Of a stretch of DNA of 64,000 bases, positions 1 to 8,414 are shown one piece after another. The translations under genes and the position numbers were made by a program. The stretch's first letter is position 1; each line of letters opens with the position of its first letter. A model generated the notes under the pieces. The model ran no database searches and was not told the origin of the DNA. It saw nothing but the letters and a program-made list of their open reading frames with translations. The stretch covers positions 1,964 through 65,963 of the forward strand of contig JANLWW010000144.1 in assembly GCA_031364805.1 (NCBI GenBank), written 5' to 3'. The stretch is from Acidobacteriota bacterium. Its GTDB lineage: Bacteria > Acidobacteriota > Vicinamibacteria > Vicinamibacterales > UBA2999.

Positions 1-4
1 TGGG

Positions 5-1054
5 GTGCGCCGCAACGGTGATACCTCATGTAGTATGGACGGTGGTTTGCGCATCGTTCTTCGAACCCTGGTTATCCTCGCACTGGCGGTTGGGCTTCTG
101 TTCCTCTTCCTGCGAAATGCGGACCTGGACAAGGTAGTGACCTCCGTCAGGGCCGCGCGTGTGGATTACCTGCTGGCGTCGCTCGCGTTGACGGCCGTGA
201 CCTACCTGATTCGGGCGGAGCGCTGGCAGTATCTGCTGGCGCCGCTCGGGCCGACGCGCTTCATGACGGTGCTGCGGACCACCGTGATTGGGTTTGCGGC
301 GTCGGCGGTGCTGCCGGCCCGCGCCGGCGAAGTGATTCGTCCGTTCCTGCTGGCGCGCCGCGAGGGCCTGAGCGCCACTGCGGCGTTCGCGACGGTGATC
401 GTCGAGCGGATTCTCGACCTCGTGGCGGTGTTGCTGCTGCTCGCGGTGTTCCTGTTGTGGTTCGATCCCGGTGTGGAGGCCCGCGATTCGCGCTTGTTCA
501 GTGCCATTCGCTACGGCGGGTTGCTGATGACACCGGTGGCGATCGGGACGCTGGCCGTGATGTTCTTCATGGCCGGACACCCCGAGCGCCTGCACGCGTG
601 GATTCTGAAAGCCGAACGCGTGTTGCCGTCGCGGCTGGCGGCGATGCTGGCGAAGCTGGCGCAAACGTTCGCGGAGGGCTTTGCGGTGGTCCGGAGCCCG
701 TTGCGCGTGCTGGCGGCGCTCGGCTGGTCGTTAGTGTTGTGGATCTCGATCGCCGCGGGCATCTGGGCCGTGGCAGTCGCCTTCGGCATCGACATGCCGT
801 TCACGGGCGGGTTGTTGATGCTGGCGCCGCTGGTGGTGGGCGTCGCGGTGCCGACGCCGGGCGGGGTCGGTGGCTTTCACGAGGCTTTCCGGCTTGGCGC
901 GACGTCGTTCTTCGGGGCCGACAACGACACGGCAGTGGGTGCCGCGATTGTCCTGCACGCCATCTCGGTGGTGCCGGTCGTCATCGTGGGGCTGATCTTC
1001 ATTATCCAGGACGGGCTCAAGCTCGGTGGCTTGGCGAGAGGAGACCTCGGGTGA
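5..1054 (+). CDS. Integral membrane protein, lysylphosphatidylglycerol-synthase-TM-like (UPF0104 / flippase-like domain) family
   Basis: Multi-pass hydrophobic protein with the family-typical N-terminus (RNADLDKV.., YLIRAERWQYLL, LPARAGEVIRPFLL). Start uncertain: GTG 5 or ATG 35, and upstream sequence lies outside the window. Confidence 0.7.
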   Translation: MRRNGDTSCSMDGGLRIVLRTLVILALAVGLLFLFLRNADLDKVVTSVRAARVDYLLASLALTAVTYLIRAERWQYLLAPLGPTRFMTVLRTTVIGFAASAVLPARAGEVIRPFLLARREGLSATAAFATVIVERILDLVAVLLLLAVFLLWFDPGVEARDSRLFSAIRYGGLLMTPVAIGTLAVMFFMAGHPERLHAWILKAERVLPSRLAAMLAKLAQTFAEGFAVVRSPLRVLAALGWSLVLWISIAAGIWAVAVAFGIDMPFTGGLLMLAPLVVGVAVPTPGGVGGFHEAFRLGATSFFGADNDTAVGAAIVLHAISVVPVVIVGLIFIIQDGLKLGGLARGDLG

Positions 1055-1515
1055 AATGTCCGTTCTGTGGGGAGCTGGGCGACAAGGTAGTCGATTCGCG
1101 CGAGAGCCGCGAGGGCGACGTCATTCGCCGTCGCCGCCAGTGCCTGAACGATACCTGCCGCAAGCGCTTCACCAGTTATGAGCGAATCGACGAGATTCCC
1201 TACATGGTGGTGAAGAAGGACGGTACGCGCGAGCGCTTCGAGCGCCAGAAGCTGATTGGCGGGCTGCTTAAGGCGTGTGAAAAACGCCCCGTGAAGGCCG
1301 CCGACATCGAGGAGATTGCCGACATGGCCGAGCAACTCCTGATTGAAAAGCCCGAGCGCGAAATTCCCGGCAAGGATCTGGGCGCGCTGGTCATGCAGGA
1401 ACTGAAGCGCCTCGACCAGGTCGCCTACGTGCGCTTTGCCTCGGTCTATCGTGACTTCCGCGACGTTGACGACTTCGTCCAGGAAGCGCGCGCCTTACGA
1501 GGCAGCAAGGAATAG
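1051..1515 (+). CDS. nrdR: Transcriptional repressor NrdR
   Basis: VKCPFCG..DKVVDSRES..RRRRQC zinc ribbon followed by an ATP-cone (YMVVKKDGTRERF..). GTG at 1051 overlaps the upstream stop (GTGA). The ORF-track entry 457..1515 is an over-extension. Confidence 0.95.
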   Translation: MKCPFCGELGDKVVDSRESREGDVIRRRRQCLNDTCRKRFTSYERIDEIPYMVVKKDGTRERFERQKLIGGLLKACEKRPVKAADIEEIADMAEQLLIEKPEREIPGKDLGALVMQELKRLDQVAYVRFASVYRDFRDVDDFVQEARALRGSKE

Positions 1516-1522
1516 GCCGCGC

Positions 1523-3805
1523 GTGGCGTCCGCCAAGCCCCTGAGTTCCGCGTCGAGGCCGGCTGCCAAAGTGCCCGCGCCGGGACAGCCGCGCCGTCCT
1601 TTTCGCGATAACCCGCCGCTGATCCTGGCGGGCATCGTCATGTTGCTCGCCGCGCTGGGCGCGATCGTCTGGCTGGCCGATCGCACTTCAACGCTGTCGC
1701 CCGACTTCCTGACCGAGGTTGTGCTCTACGCCCTCTACGCCACCAACATCACCATGCTGGTGGCGCTCGGTTTCGTGCTCGCGCGCAACGTCATCAAGTC
1801 AATCTTCGACGGCCGCAGCGGCTTGCCCCTGGGCCGTTTCCGCGCCAAGCTCGTGCTCGCGTTCCTGGGACTCACCGTCATTCCCGCGGTGCTGGTGTTG
1901 ATCGTCGGCAGCCGCGTCGTGCTGACGGCCGTGGACCGCTGGTTCAACACGCCGATCGAAGAGATTCTCGCCGGCGCCAACAGCATTGCCGCGGACTACT
2001 ACCAGGAACGAGAGCGGCTGGTCACCGAGCAGGCGTCACGCCTGGCGCGCGAACTGGGCCGCGTGGATTTGACCACGACCGACATCACACGCGTGCAGAA
2101 CATCGTCGTGCCCGAAGTGACCGGTCCGCGGGTCGCCGTGGTGCAGGTCTACCGGGCAGATCGCCGGGCCGGCCAGCAGCTCGAGGTGGTGTCGCTCGTC
2201 GACGTGGCGTCACCGTCGATGCCGCAGGGATGGCCACGGGGATCAGCAGACCGGCTCGCCAGCCGCACCGCCGCCGGCACCGAGGTCACGCCGAGCGTCC
2301 TCGAACAGCTGGCGGGCGGCGGCGACCTCTTGCACGTCGGCGAGGCGATCAGCAACGCCACCGGCCAGGTCACCGGTGTCGTGGTGGTGAGCGAATACCT
2401 GTCAGGCGAGCGCGCCGAACGTTCTCGGCGCATGACCAAGGCCTACGAGGACTACACGCAACTGCGCGTCCTCAAGCAGCCCCTGGCCGGGGTCTACGTG
2501 TCGTTCTTTGTCATGGTGACGCTGCTGATTCTGGTTGGCTCGACCTGGATGGGGCTGTATCTCGCCAAGCGCATCACGCGGCCTGTGCAGATGTTGTCGG
2601 AGGCCGCCAAGGAGATTGGCGCCGGCCACTACGACCATCGCATTGAACACGAGGGCTCCGACGAGTTCGGGTCGATGGTTGAGGCGTTCAACGCCATGGC
2701 GGCGGAAGTCGCGTCGAGCCGCCGGCGCCTCGAACGTGCCGGCATCGATTTGGAGCGCAAGCACCAGGAAGGCGAAGGTCGCCGACGCTACATCGAGGCC
2801 ATTCTCGAGCGCATTGCCACCGGCGTCGTCTCAATCGATCGCTCCGGGCGCATTGGTACCATCAACCCGTCGGCAATCAGGCTGCTCGAAGTGGACGCGA
2901 GCGTCGTCGGCAGTCCTGCGGTCGACGTGTTTGCGAGGCCAGACCTGGCGGTGATCAACGACGTGCTCGATCAGGCTGCCCGTGCCCGCATGGATTCGTT
3001 CGCGCAAGAGGTGGCCCTGGTGCGGGATGGCCGCGAGCGCCACGTGATCGCCGCCGCGACCCGCGTGCCGGGCACCGACGGGAGTTTCGACGGCACCGTA
3101 CTGGTGGTGGACGACGTGACGCCGCTGATTCGCGCCCAGAAGGTGGCCGCGTGGCGCGAGGTGGCGCGCCGCCTCGCGCATGAGATCAAGAATCCGTTGA
3201 CCCCGATCCAGTTGTCGGCCGAGCGGCTGCGCCGCAAGTTAAGCGACCTGGCCCCTCCGCTCCACGAGTTGGTGCAGGAATGTACTTCGACGATCATCGG
3301 CGAGGTGGAATCGCTGAAAGGGCTGGTCGACGAGTTCTCGCAGTTCGCACGCATGCCGGCGCCGCGCGCCGTGCCGACCGAACTGCACGACCTGCTCAAC
3401 ACCACGCTCGCGCTGTACGATGGGCTGTTCGCGTCGGTCACGTTCGAGAAACGCTACGATTCGAGCGTCGCGCAGGTGCGCGTCGACCCCGACCAGATGA
3501 AACGCGTGATTATCAACCTGGTGGACAATGCCATCGAGGCGATGGGGCGCAGTGGCGCCATCGTGGTGGAAACCGCGCGTGATGTCCCGAACAGTCTCGT
3601 GCGGGTGGTGGTGGCCGACACCGGCCCCGGCATTCCACCTGCCGAGCGCGACAAGCTGTTTCTGCCGTACTACTCAACCAAGGGTCGCGGCAGCGGGCTC
3701 GGGCTCGCCATTGTCCGCCGCATTGTCGCCGAGCATGGCGGCAGCATCGACGTGTTCGATAACGTGCCGACCGGCACCCGGTTTATCATCGAGTTACCAG
3801 CCTGA
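1523..3805 (+). CDS. NtrY-like sensor histidine kinase (TM, HAMP, PAS, HisKA, HATPase)
   Basis: TM helices; HAMP (RITRPVQMLSEAAKEIGAG); H-box HEIKNPLTPIQLSAERL; N/G boxes DNAIEAM, DTGPGI, GSGLGLAIV. Start placed at GTG 1523, just after the nrdR stop and 10 nt after AAGGAA. ATG 1436 would overlap nrdR. Confidence 0.85.
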   Translation: MASAKPLSSASRPAAKVPAPGQPRRPFRDNPPLILAGIVMLLAALGAIVWLADRTSTLSPDFLTEVVLYALYATNITMLVALGFVLARNVIKSIFDGRSGLPLGRFRAKLVLAFLGLTVIPAVLVLIVGSRVVLTAVDRWFNTPIEEILAGANSIAADYYQERERLVTEQASRLARELGRVDLTTTDITRVQNIVVPEVTGPRVAVVQVYRADRRAGQQLEVVSLVDVASPSMPQGWPRGSADRLASRTAAGTEVTPSVLEQLAGGGDLLHVGEAISNATGQVTGVVVVSEYLSGERAERSRRMTKAYEDYTQLRVLKQPLAGVYVSFFVMVTLLILVGSTWMGLYLAKRITRPVQMLSEAAKEIGAGHYDHRIEHEGSDEFGSMVEAFNAMAAEVASSRRRLERAGIDLERKHQEGEGRRRYIEAILERIATGVVSIDRSGRIGTINPSAIRLLEVDASVVGSPAVDVFARPDLAVINDVLDQAARARMDSFAQEVALVRDGRERHVIAAATRVPGTDGSFDGTVLVVDDVTPLIRAQKVAAWREVARRLAHEIKNPLTPIQLSAERLRRKLSDLAPPLHELVQECTSTIIGEVESLKGLVDEFSQFARMPAPRAVPTELHDLLNTTLALYDGLFASVTFEKRYDSSVAQVRVDPDQMKRVIINLVDNAIEAMGRSGAIVVETARDVPNSLVRVVVADTGPGIPPAERDKLFLPYYSTKGRGSGLGLAIVRRIVAEHGGSIDVFDNVPTGTRFIIELPA

Positions 3806-5172
3806 TGGCCTCCATTCTTGTTGTTGACGATGAACCGGGCGTCCGCTCGTCGGTGAGCGGCGTCCTCAAGGACGAAGGCTTCGAGGTGGATGCGGTCGGC
3901 ACGGGCGAAGAGTGCCTGGAGCGCGCAAACAGCGACGCCTACGACGTGATCGTGCTCGACATCTGGTTGCCCGGCCTCGATGGATTGACGACCCTGCAGC
4001 GCCTGCGCGAGCGGCAGATCGATTCGCAAGTCGTGATCATTTCCGGTCACGGCAACATCGAGTCGGCGGTACGCGCAATCAAGATGGGCGCCTTCGATTT
4101 CATCGAGAAACCACTTTCACTCGAAAAGACGGTGCTGGTCGTGCGCAATGCCCTGCGGCAGCGCGACCTCGAGGCCGAAAACCGGGTGCTGCGCGCCAGG
4201 GTCGATCGCCAGCAGAATTACACGATGGTGGGCGAGAGCCCCGCCATGGCGCACTTGCGAAATCAAGTGGCGCTAGCCGCGCCCACCAATGGCCGGGTCC
4301 TCGTGCTCGGCGACAACGGCACCGGCAAGGAGCTGGTGGCGCGGTTGATTCACCAGAGCAGCCGGCGAAAAAGCGCACCGTTCATCGAGGTCAACTGCGC
4401 GGCCATCCCCGAGGAGTTGATCGAGTCGGAGCTGTTTGGCCACGTGCGCGGCGCGTTTACGGGAGCGATCGCCGACAAGCCGGGGCGCTTCGAACAAGCC
4501 AACACCGGCACGATTTTCCTGGACGAAATCGCCGACATGAGCTTGAAGACGCAAGCCAAGGTGTTGCGCGTGCTGCAGGAACAGGTCATGGAGCGCGTCG
4601 GCGGTACGCAGCGGATCAAGGTGGACGTCCGTGTGGTCGCCGCCACCAACAAGGACCTGGTCAGCGAGATCGCTGCCGGCCGGTTTCGCGAAGACCTGTA
4701 TTTCCGGCTGAACGTGATTCCGATTTTCGTGCCTGCCCTGCGCTCCCGCCAGGACGACATCCCTCAACTCGCCGATCACTTCATGGCGTTGCTCGCCACG
4801 GAGTATGGCCGGCGGCCGAAGCGAATGGCGCCCGAGGCGGCCGCGCGCCTGCGGCAGTATGCCTGGCCCGGCAACGTGCGCGAACTGCGTAACGTGATCG
4901 AACGCCTGATCATCATGGTGTCGGGCGACACCATTACCGCGCAGGACCTCGGCTTCCTTGGCCGCGACGGCGTGCCCGAGGCGCCGGCCTCCCAGGGACC
5001 GGCGCGGCCGCTGTCGGAAGCCCGCGACGAGTTCGAGAAGGACTACATCCTGCAAACGCTGGCCGCACAGCAGGGAAACATGTCGCGGACGGCCGAAATG
5101 CTCGGCGTCGAGCGTTCAAACCTCTACAAGAAACTGCGCGCGTTTGGCGTCACGCCGCGCAGCGAAAAGTAG
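3805..5172 (+). CDS. Sigma-54-dependent response regulator (NtrC/NtrX family)
   Basis: Receiver domain (ILVVDDEPG..LDIWLPGLDG); AAA+ Walker A GDNGTGKE; GAFTGA motif; C-terminal Fis-type HTH (NMSRTAEMLGVERSNLYKKLR). The ATG overlaps the kinase stop by 1 nt. Confidence 0.9.
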   Translation: MASILVVDDEPGVRSSVSGVLKDEGFEVDAVGTGEECLERANSDAYDVIVLDIWLPGLDGLTTLQRLRERQIDSQVVIISGHGNIESAVRAIKMGAFDFIEKPLSLEKTVLVVRNALRQRDLEAENRVLRARVDRQQNYTMVGESPAMAHLRNQVALAAPTNGRVLVLGDNGTGKELVARLIHQSSRRKSAPFIEVNCAAIPEELIESELFGHVRGAFTGAIADKPGRFEQANTGTIFLDEIADMSLKTQAKVLRVLQEQVMERVGGTQRIKVDVRVVAATNKDLVSEIAAGRFREDLYFRLNVIPIFVPALRSRQDDIPQLADHFMALLATEYGRRPKRMAPEAAARLRQYAWPGNVRELRNVIERLIIMVSGDTITAQDLGFLGRDGVPEAPASQGPARPLSEARDEFEKDYILQTLAAQQGNMSRTAEMLGVERSNLYKKLRAFGVTPRSEK

Positions 5173-6066
5173 CTACTCCTCGAGTTTCTTCTCGAGGATC
5201 TGCGCCGCAGAAAAGCCTTCCAGCTGCAGAAAATACTCGGCCGTCTGCATGAGTGCGGCCGACGGGATCAGCCCGACGATTTCACTCTCCAGCACCTGGA
5301 CACCGTAGCGCGCAGCCTCGCGCTTGACGAGCTCGAACACGCGGTAGATCGGGGTCTTCTCGTAATTGGTGAGGTTGATCGAGACTTGGACGATGCCGCG
5401 GTCAGCGAGGGGAATGCCCATGGCCTTGACGTACCGCAGGCCGCCACTGCTCATGCGAATGGCCGCCGCGATGTGTTTGGCGACCTCCAGCCGGTTAGTG
5501 GCCAGGTTGATGTTGTACGCGATCAGCGGCATGCGAGCGCCGATCACCGAAGCGCCGGCGCTGGCATGCGGCGCGGCCGGGCCAAAGTCGGGCGCCCACG
5601 CCGGTTGCGCCATCTTCGCGGCCAGGCCCTCGAACTCCCCGCGGCGGATGTCTTCGAGGTTCTTGCGGGCCGGGTTGGCGGAAGCGTCCTCGTAGAGGTA
5701 AATCGGCAGTGCGAATCGTTGCGCGAGGTCGGCCGCCACGGACTTGGCCAGCTTCACGCAGTCGGCCATCGTCACGCCCTCGATCGGAATGAAGGGCACT
5801 ACGTCGACCGCGCCCATGCGCGGGTGCTCGCCAGTGTGCGTCCGTAAATCGATGGCGGCAATCGCGGCGTCGAACAGCTTGGGAAGGCCTGCCGCCAACC
5901 CTTCCGCGGTGCCAGCCAGGGTGAAGACGGACCGGTTGTGCGTGGCATCGGACTGCACGTCGAGGACACGCAAGCCGGGAATCGCGCGGAGGCTGTCGGC
6001 AATGGCGTTGATCACGTCGGTGCGACGGCCTTCACTGATGTTCGGGACACATTCAATAGTCGGCAT
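5173..6066 (-). CDS. ftcD: Glutamate formimidoyltransferase
   Basis: N-terminus MPTIECVPNISEGRR is typical of the formiminotransferase domain. ATG at 6066 chosen; the ORF-track start at 6201 adds a non-homologous 45-aa extension. Confidence 0.85.
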   Translation of the reverse strand: MPTIECVPNISEGRRTDVINAIADSLRAIPGLRVLDVQSDATHNRSVFTLAGTAEGLAAGLPKLFDAAIAAIDLRTHTGEHPRMGAVDVVPFIPIEGVTMADCVKLAKSVAADLAQRFALPIYLYEDASANPARKNLEDIRRGEFEGLAAKMAQPAWAPDFGPAAPHASAGASVIGARMPLIAYNINLATNRLEVAKHIAAAIRMSSGGLRYVKAMGIPLADRGIVQVSINLTNYEKTPIYRVFELVKREAARYGVQVLESEIVGLIPSAALMQTAEYFLQLEGFSAAQILEKKLEE

Positions 6067-6074
6067 GACCACCC

Positions 6075-6080
6075 ATTGTA
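6075..6080 (-). promoter_or_regulatory. Candidate -10 box TACAAT, 8 nt upstream of the ftcD ATG
   Basis: Minus strand reads TACAAT-GGGTGGTC-ATG(6066). No Shine-Dalgarno sequence is present. Confidence 0.4.
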
Positions 6081-6086
6081 GGGCAG

Positions 6087-6115
6087 GGTAAGTGCTATAA
6101 TCACCGTCACTTACC
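6087..6115 (+). promoter_or_regulatory. Extended -10 (TGcTATAAT, 6093..6101) bracketed by an 8-bp inverted repeat GGTAAGTG / CACTTACC
   Basis: GGTAAGTG (6087..6094) and CACTTACC (6108..6115) are exact reverse complements with a 13-nt spacer that contains TATAAT. The ATG of the next gene follows at 6116. Confidence 0.45.
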
Positions 6116-6970
6116 ATGGCCGACCCGCACACGTCAGGCCCGCACCGGTCTGAAGCGCCGCCCGCTGAAGACGAAGGGCGTATCGAGCAACTGCTCGTCA
6201 CGGGTCTCGATCACTATTTCGCCGGTCGGTTCGACGCCGCCATCAATCTGTGGACACGCGTCCTCTTCCTCGATCGCAATCACGACCGGGCGCGCGCCTA
6301 CATCGATCGGGCGCGTAGCGCCCAGGCCGAACAACAACGGATTTCCGAAGCACTCGTCCATCAGGGTCTCGAGGCATTCGATCGTGGCGAAGTAGTGCGG
6401 GCACGAGCATTGTTGAGCGATGCACTCGATCAGGGGGCTTCGCATGACGTCGCCCTCGGCGTGATCGGTCGCATCGATCGGCTCGATGCCGGCCAGCGCT
6501 CGGCGCTGCCCGCGGCCCCGCCCATCCGCGAGCGCGTGCGCGTGAAGGCGGCAGTTGCTGATCGCCCCAACGCCGACCAGCGCGGCGGCAACCTTGCCAT
6601 GTGGTGGGCGACCGCGGCGTGCGTCGTGATCGTCGGCGCCATTTCGTTCGTGGTTGTCACGCCGAACGGACTCGCGGATTGGTTCCCGGCTCAGGCAACG
6701 ACCGGCACGCCGACCGCCGCGACCGTCACGCCTGCGCCACTGCCAGTGCCCGCCCCGACCGAGAGTTACCTGGCCCAGGGCCGCGCGCTGTTCGCGGGGG
6801 GAAAGTTGCGCGATGCGATGCGGTCACTCGAGCGCGTGCCCCTCGGTGACTCGTTGAGGCCCGACGCCGACCGCCTGCGCGGTGAGATTCAGCGTGAGCT
6901 GCTGGCGGTGGCCAGTGCCGAGGCAACTTCGCCCGCCGCCGTTCTTCCAATCTCGCCTCCCCGCGAATGA
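6116..6970 (+). CDS. Hypothetical single-pass membrane protein with TPR-like helical regions
   Basis: N-terminal TPR-like helices (YFAGRFDAAINLWTRVLFLDRNHDRARAYIDRA), one TM helix (MWWATAACVVIVGAISFVVV), a Pro/Thr linker, and a second TPR-like segment. Confidence 0.6.
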   Translation: MADPHTSGPHRSEAPPAEDEGRIEQLLVTGLDHYFAGRFDAAINLWTRVLFLDRNHDRARAYIDRARSAQAEQQRISEALVHQGLEAFDRGEVVRARALLSDALDQGASHDVALGVIGRIDRLDAGQRSALPAAPPIRERVRVKAAVADRPNADQRGGNLAMWWATAACVVIVGAISFVVVTPNGLADWFPAQATTGTPTAATVTPAPLPVPAPTESYLAQGRALFAGGKLRDAMRSLERVPLGDSLRPDADRLRGEIQRELLAVASAEATSPAAVLPISPPRE

Positions 6971-7950
6971 AGTGTCCGAAGTGCGGCTACCTCGGGTTTG
7001 AGACCACCGACCGATGCCGGAATTGTCAGTACGATTTTTCACTCTCGCCTCTCACTTCTGAACCCGACCTGACCTTGCGACGGGATCACGGCAGCGAGTC
7101 GAACGACGATTTCGAATTGCCGACAATCGCGCGTCAAACCGACAGCGTGAACACCGCTGCACTCGACTTGGATCGCCTGTTTGGCGACCCCGCGCCCGAG
7201 AAGCACGATCCCGTCAGGCCGGTCGCAGCCGCGGCGGCTGCACTGGGGGCTGATCCGGAGCCAGCCCCAGGGCCAGTCATGGTGCTGGCCGGCGAGGCCC
7301 AGGAACGGGCGTCCGATCCAAGCGCGCTGCCATTTGACGATGCGCCGCTGACGCCCCCGCGCGCCGCTCGCGCCCCCCTGGCAGTGCGCCGCGCCACGGC
7401 GGAGATCCCTCGCAACCGGCCGCGGACGACGCGCCCGGTTCGCATGGAAACGCCGCTGGCATTCGAGCCCGCGGCGGCGCTGAAAAGTGGGGAAGCCAGC
7501 CTCTTGGCGACTGAAACAGTCGCGCTGCTGATGCAGGCCCCCCCCCTGGGCTCGCGTGTCGGCGCCGGCGTGATCGACCTGGCCTTGCTCGCGGTGATCG
7601 ATGCGATTGTGCTCGTTCTCACGCTGCGCATCGCCGGTCTGCAGACCACGGTGGACGATCTGCGCGCGATCCCGCCGGTCCCGTTCACGGGATTCCTCGC
7701 TCTGCTCGCATTCGGTTACGTCGCGGCGTTCACGGTTGCGGGTGGCCAGACCATTGGCAAAATGTTGTTCAAGCTGCGCGTGATTGGCGACGATGGCCGT
7801 CCGCTTGATGCTGCCGGCGGCATGCTGCGGGCAGTCGGGTGCATGCTGGTGCCGGCGACCCTTGGCTTGTCGTATGTGCCCGCCCTGTTCAGCAGCGACC
7901 ATCGGGCCTTGCATGATCGCCTGGCGGGAACGCGGGTGGTCAGCGAATGA
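6967..7950 (+). CDS. Zinc-ribbon / RDD-family membrane protein
   Basis: N-terminal MKCPKCGY..DRCRNCQY zinc ribbon, a long low-complexity linker, and a C-terminal RDD-type domain (RVGAGVIDL.., GGQTIGKMLFKLRVI.., HDRLAGTRVV). ATGA overlap with the upstream gene. Confidence 0.7.
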   Translation: MKCPKCGYLGFETTDRCRNCQYDFSLSPLTSEPDLTLRRDHGSESNDDFELPTIARQTDSVNTAALDLDRLFGDPAPEKHDPVRPVAAAAAALGADPEPAPGPVMVLAGEAQERASDPSALPFDDAPLTPPRAARAPLAVRRATAEIPRNRPRTTRPVRMETPLAFEPAAALKSGEASLLATETVALLMQAPPLGSRVGAGVIDLALLAVIDAIVLVLTLRIAGLQTTVDDLRAIPPVPFTGFLALLAFGYVAAFTVAGGQTIGKMLFKLRVIGDDGRPLDAAGGMLRAVGCMLVPATLGLSYVPALFSSDHRALHDRLAGTRVVSE

Positions 7951-8414
7951 ACCAGTTCGCGCTGTTCGTCGCGACCGTTGGTTACGTCGGCTTCTTTCCG
8001 ATCGCACCGGGCACCGCCGGATCGCTCGCGGCACTGGCGCTCTTCGCGTTTGTGCGTTGGGTCGGCATGCCCGCATTTGAGTTGGGGACCATCGTCGCAG
8101 TTCTGGCGATCGGGATCTGGTCTTCCTTCGGTGCCGAGCGCGTGCTCGGACGAAAAGATCCCGGCCCCGTCGTCATTGACGAAGTCCTGGGCATGCTGAT
8201 CACGCTGGCGCTGTTGCCGGTGTCAATCACCGGTGTCGCCGTGGCCTTCTTGCTGTTTCGTCTGTTTGATGTAGCGAAGCCATACCCCGCCGGCCGCATG
8301 GAACACCTGCCTGGCGGCTACGGGATTATGCTCGATGACGCGATGGCCGGAGTGTATGCGCACCTCGTGCTTCGTCTCTGCATGTGGTGGATGCCGTCGT
8401 GGCTGATCGCGTAG
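7947..8414 (+). CDS. pgpA: Phosphatidylglycerophosphatase A
   Basis: GFFPIAPGTAGSL, IDEVLGM and FRLFDVAKPYP motifs. ATGA overlap upstream. Confidence 0.85.
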   Translation: MNQFALFVATVGYVGFFPIAPGTAGSLAALALFAFVRWVGMPAFELGTIVAVLAIGIWSSFGAERVLGRKDPGPVVIDEVLGMLITLALLPVSITGVAVAFLLFRLFDVAKPYPAGRMEHLPGGYGIMLDDAMAGVYAHLVLRLCMWWMPSWLIA

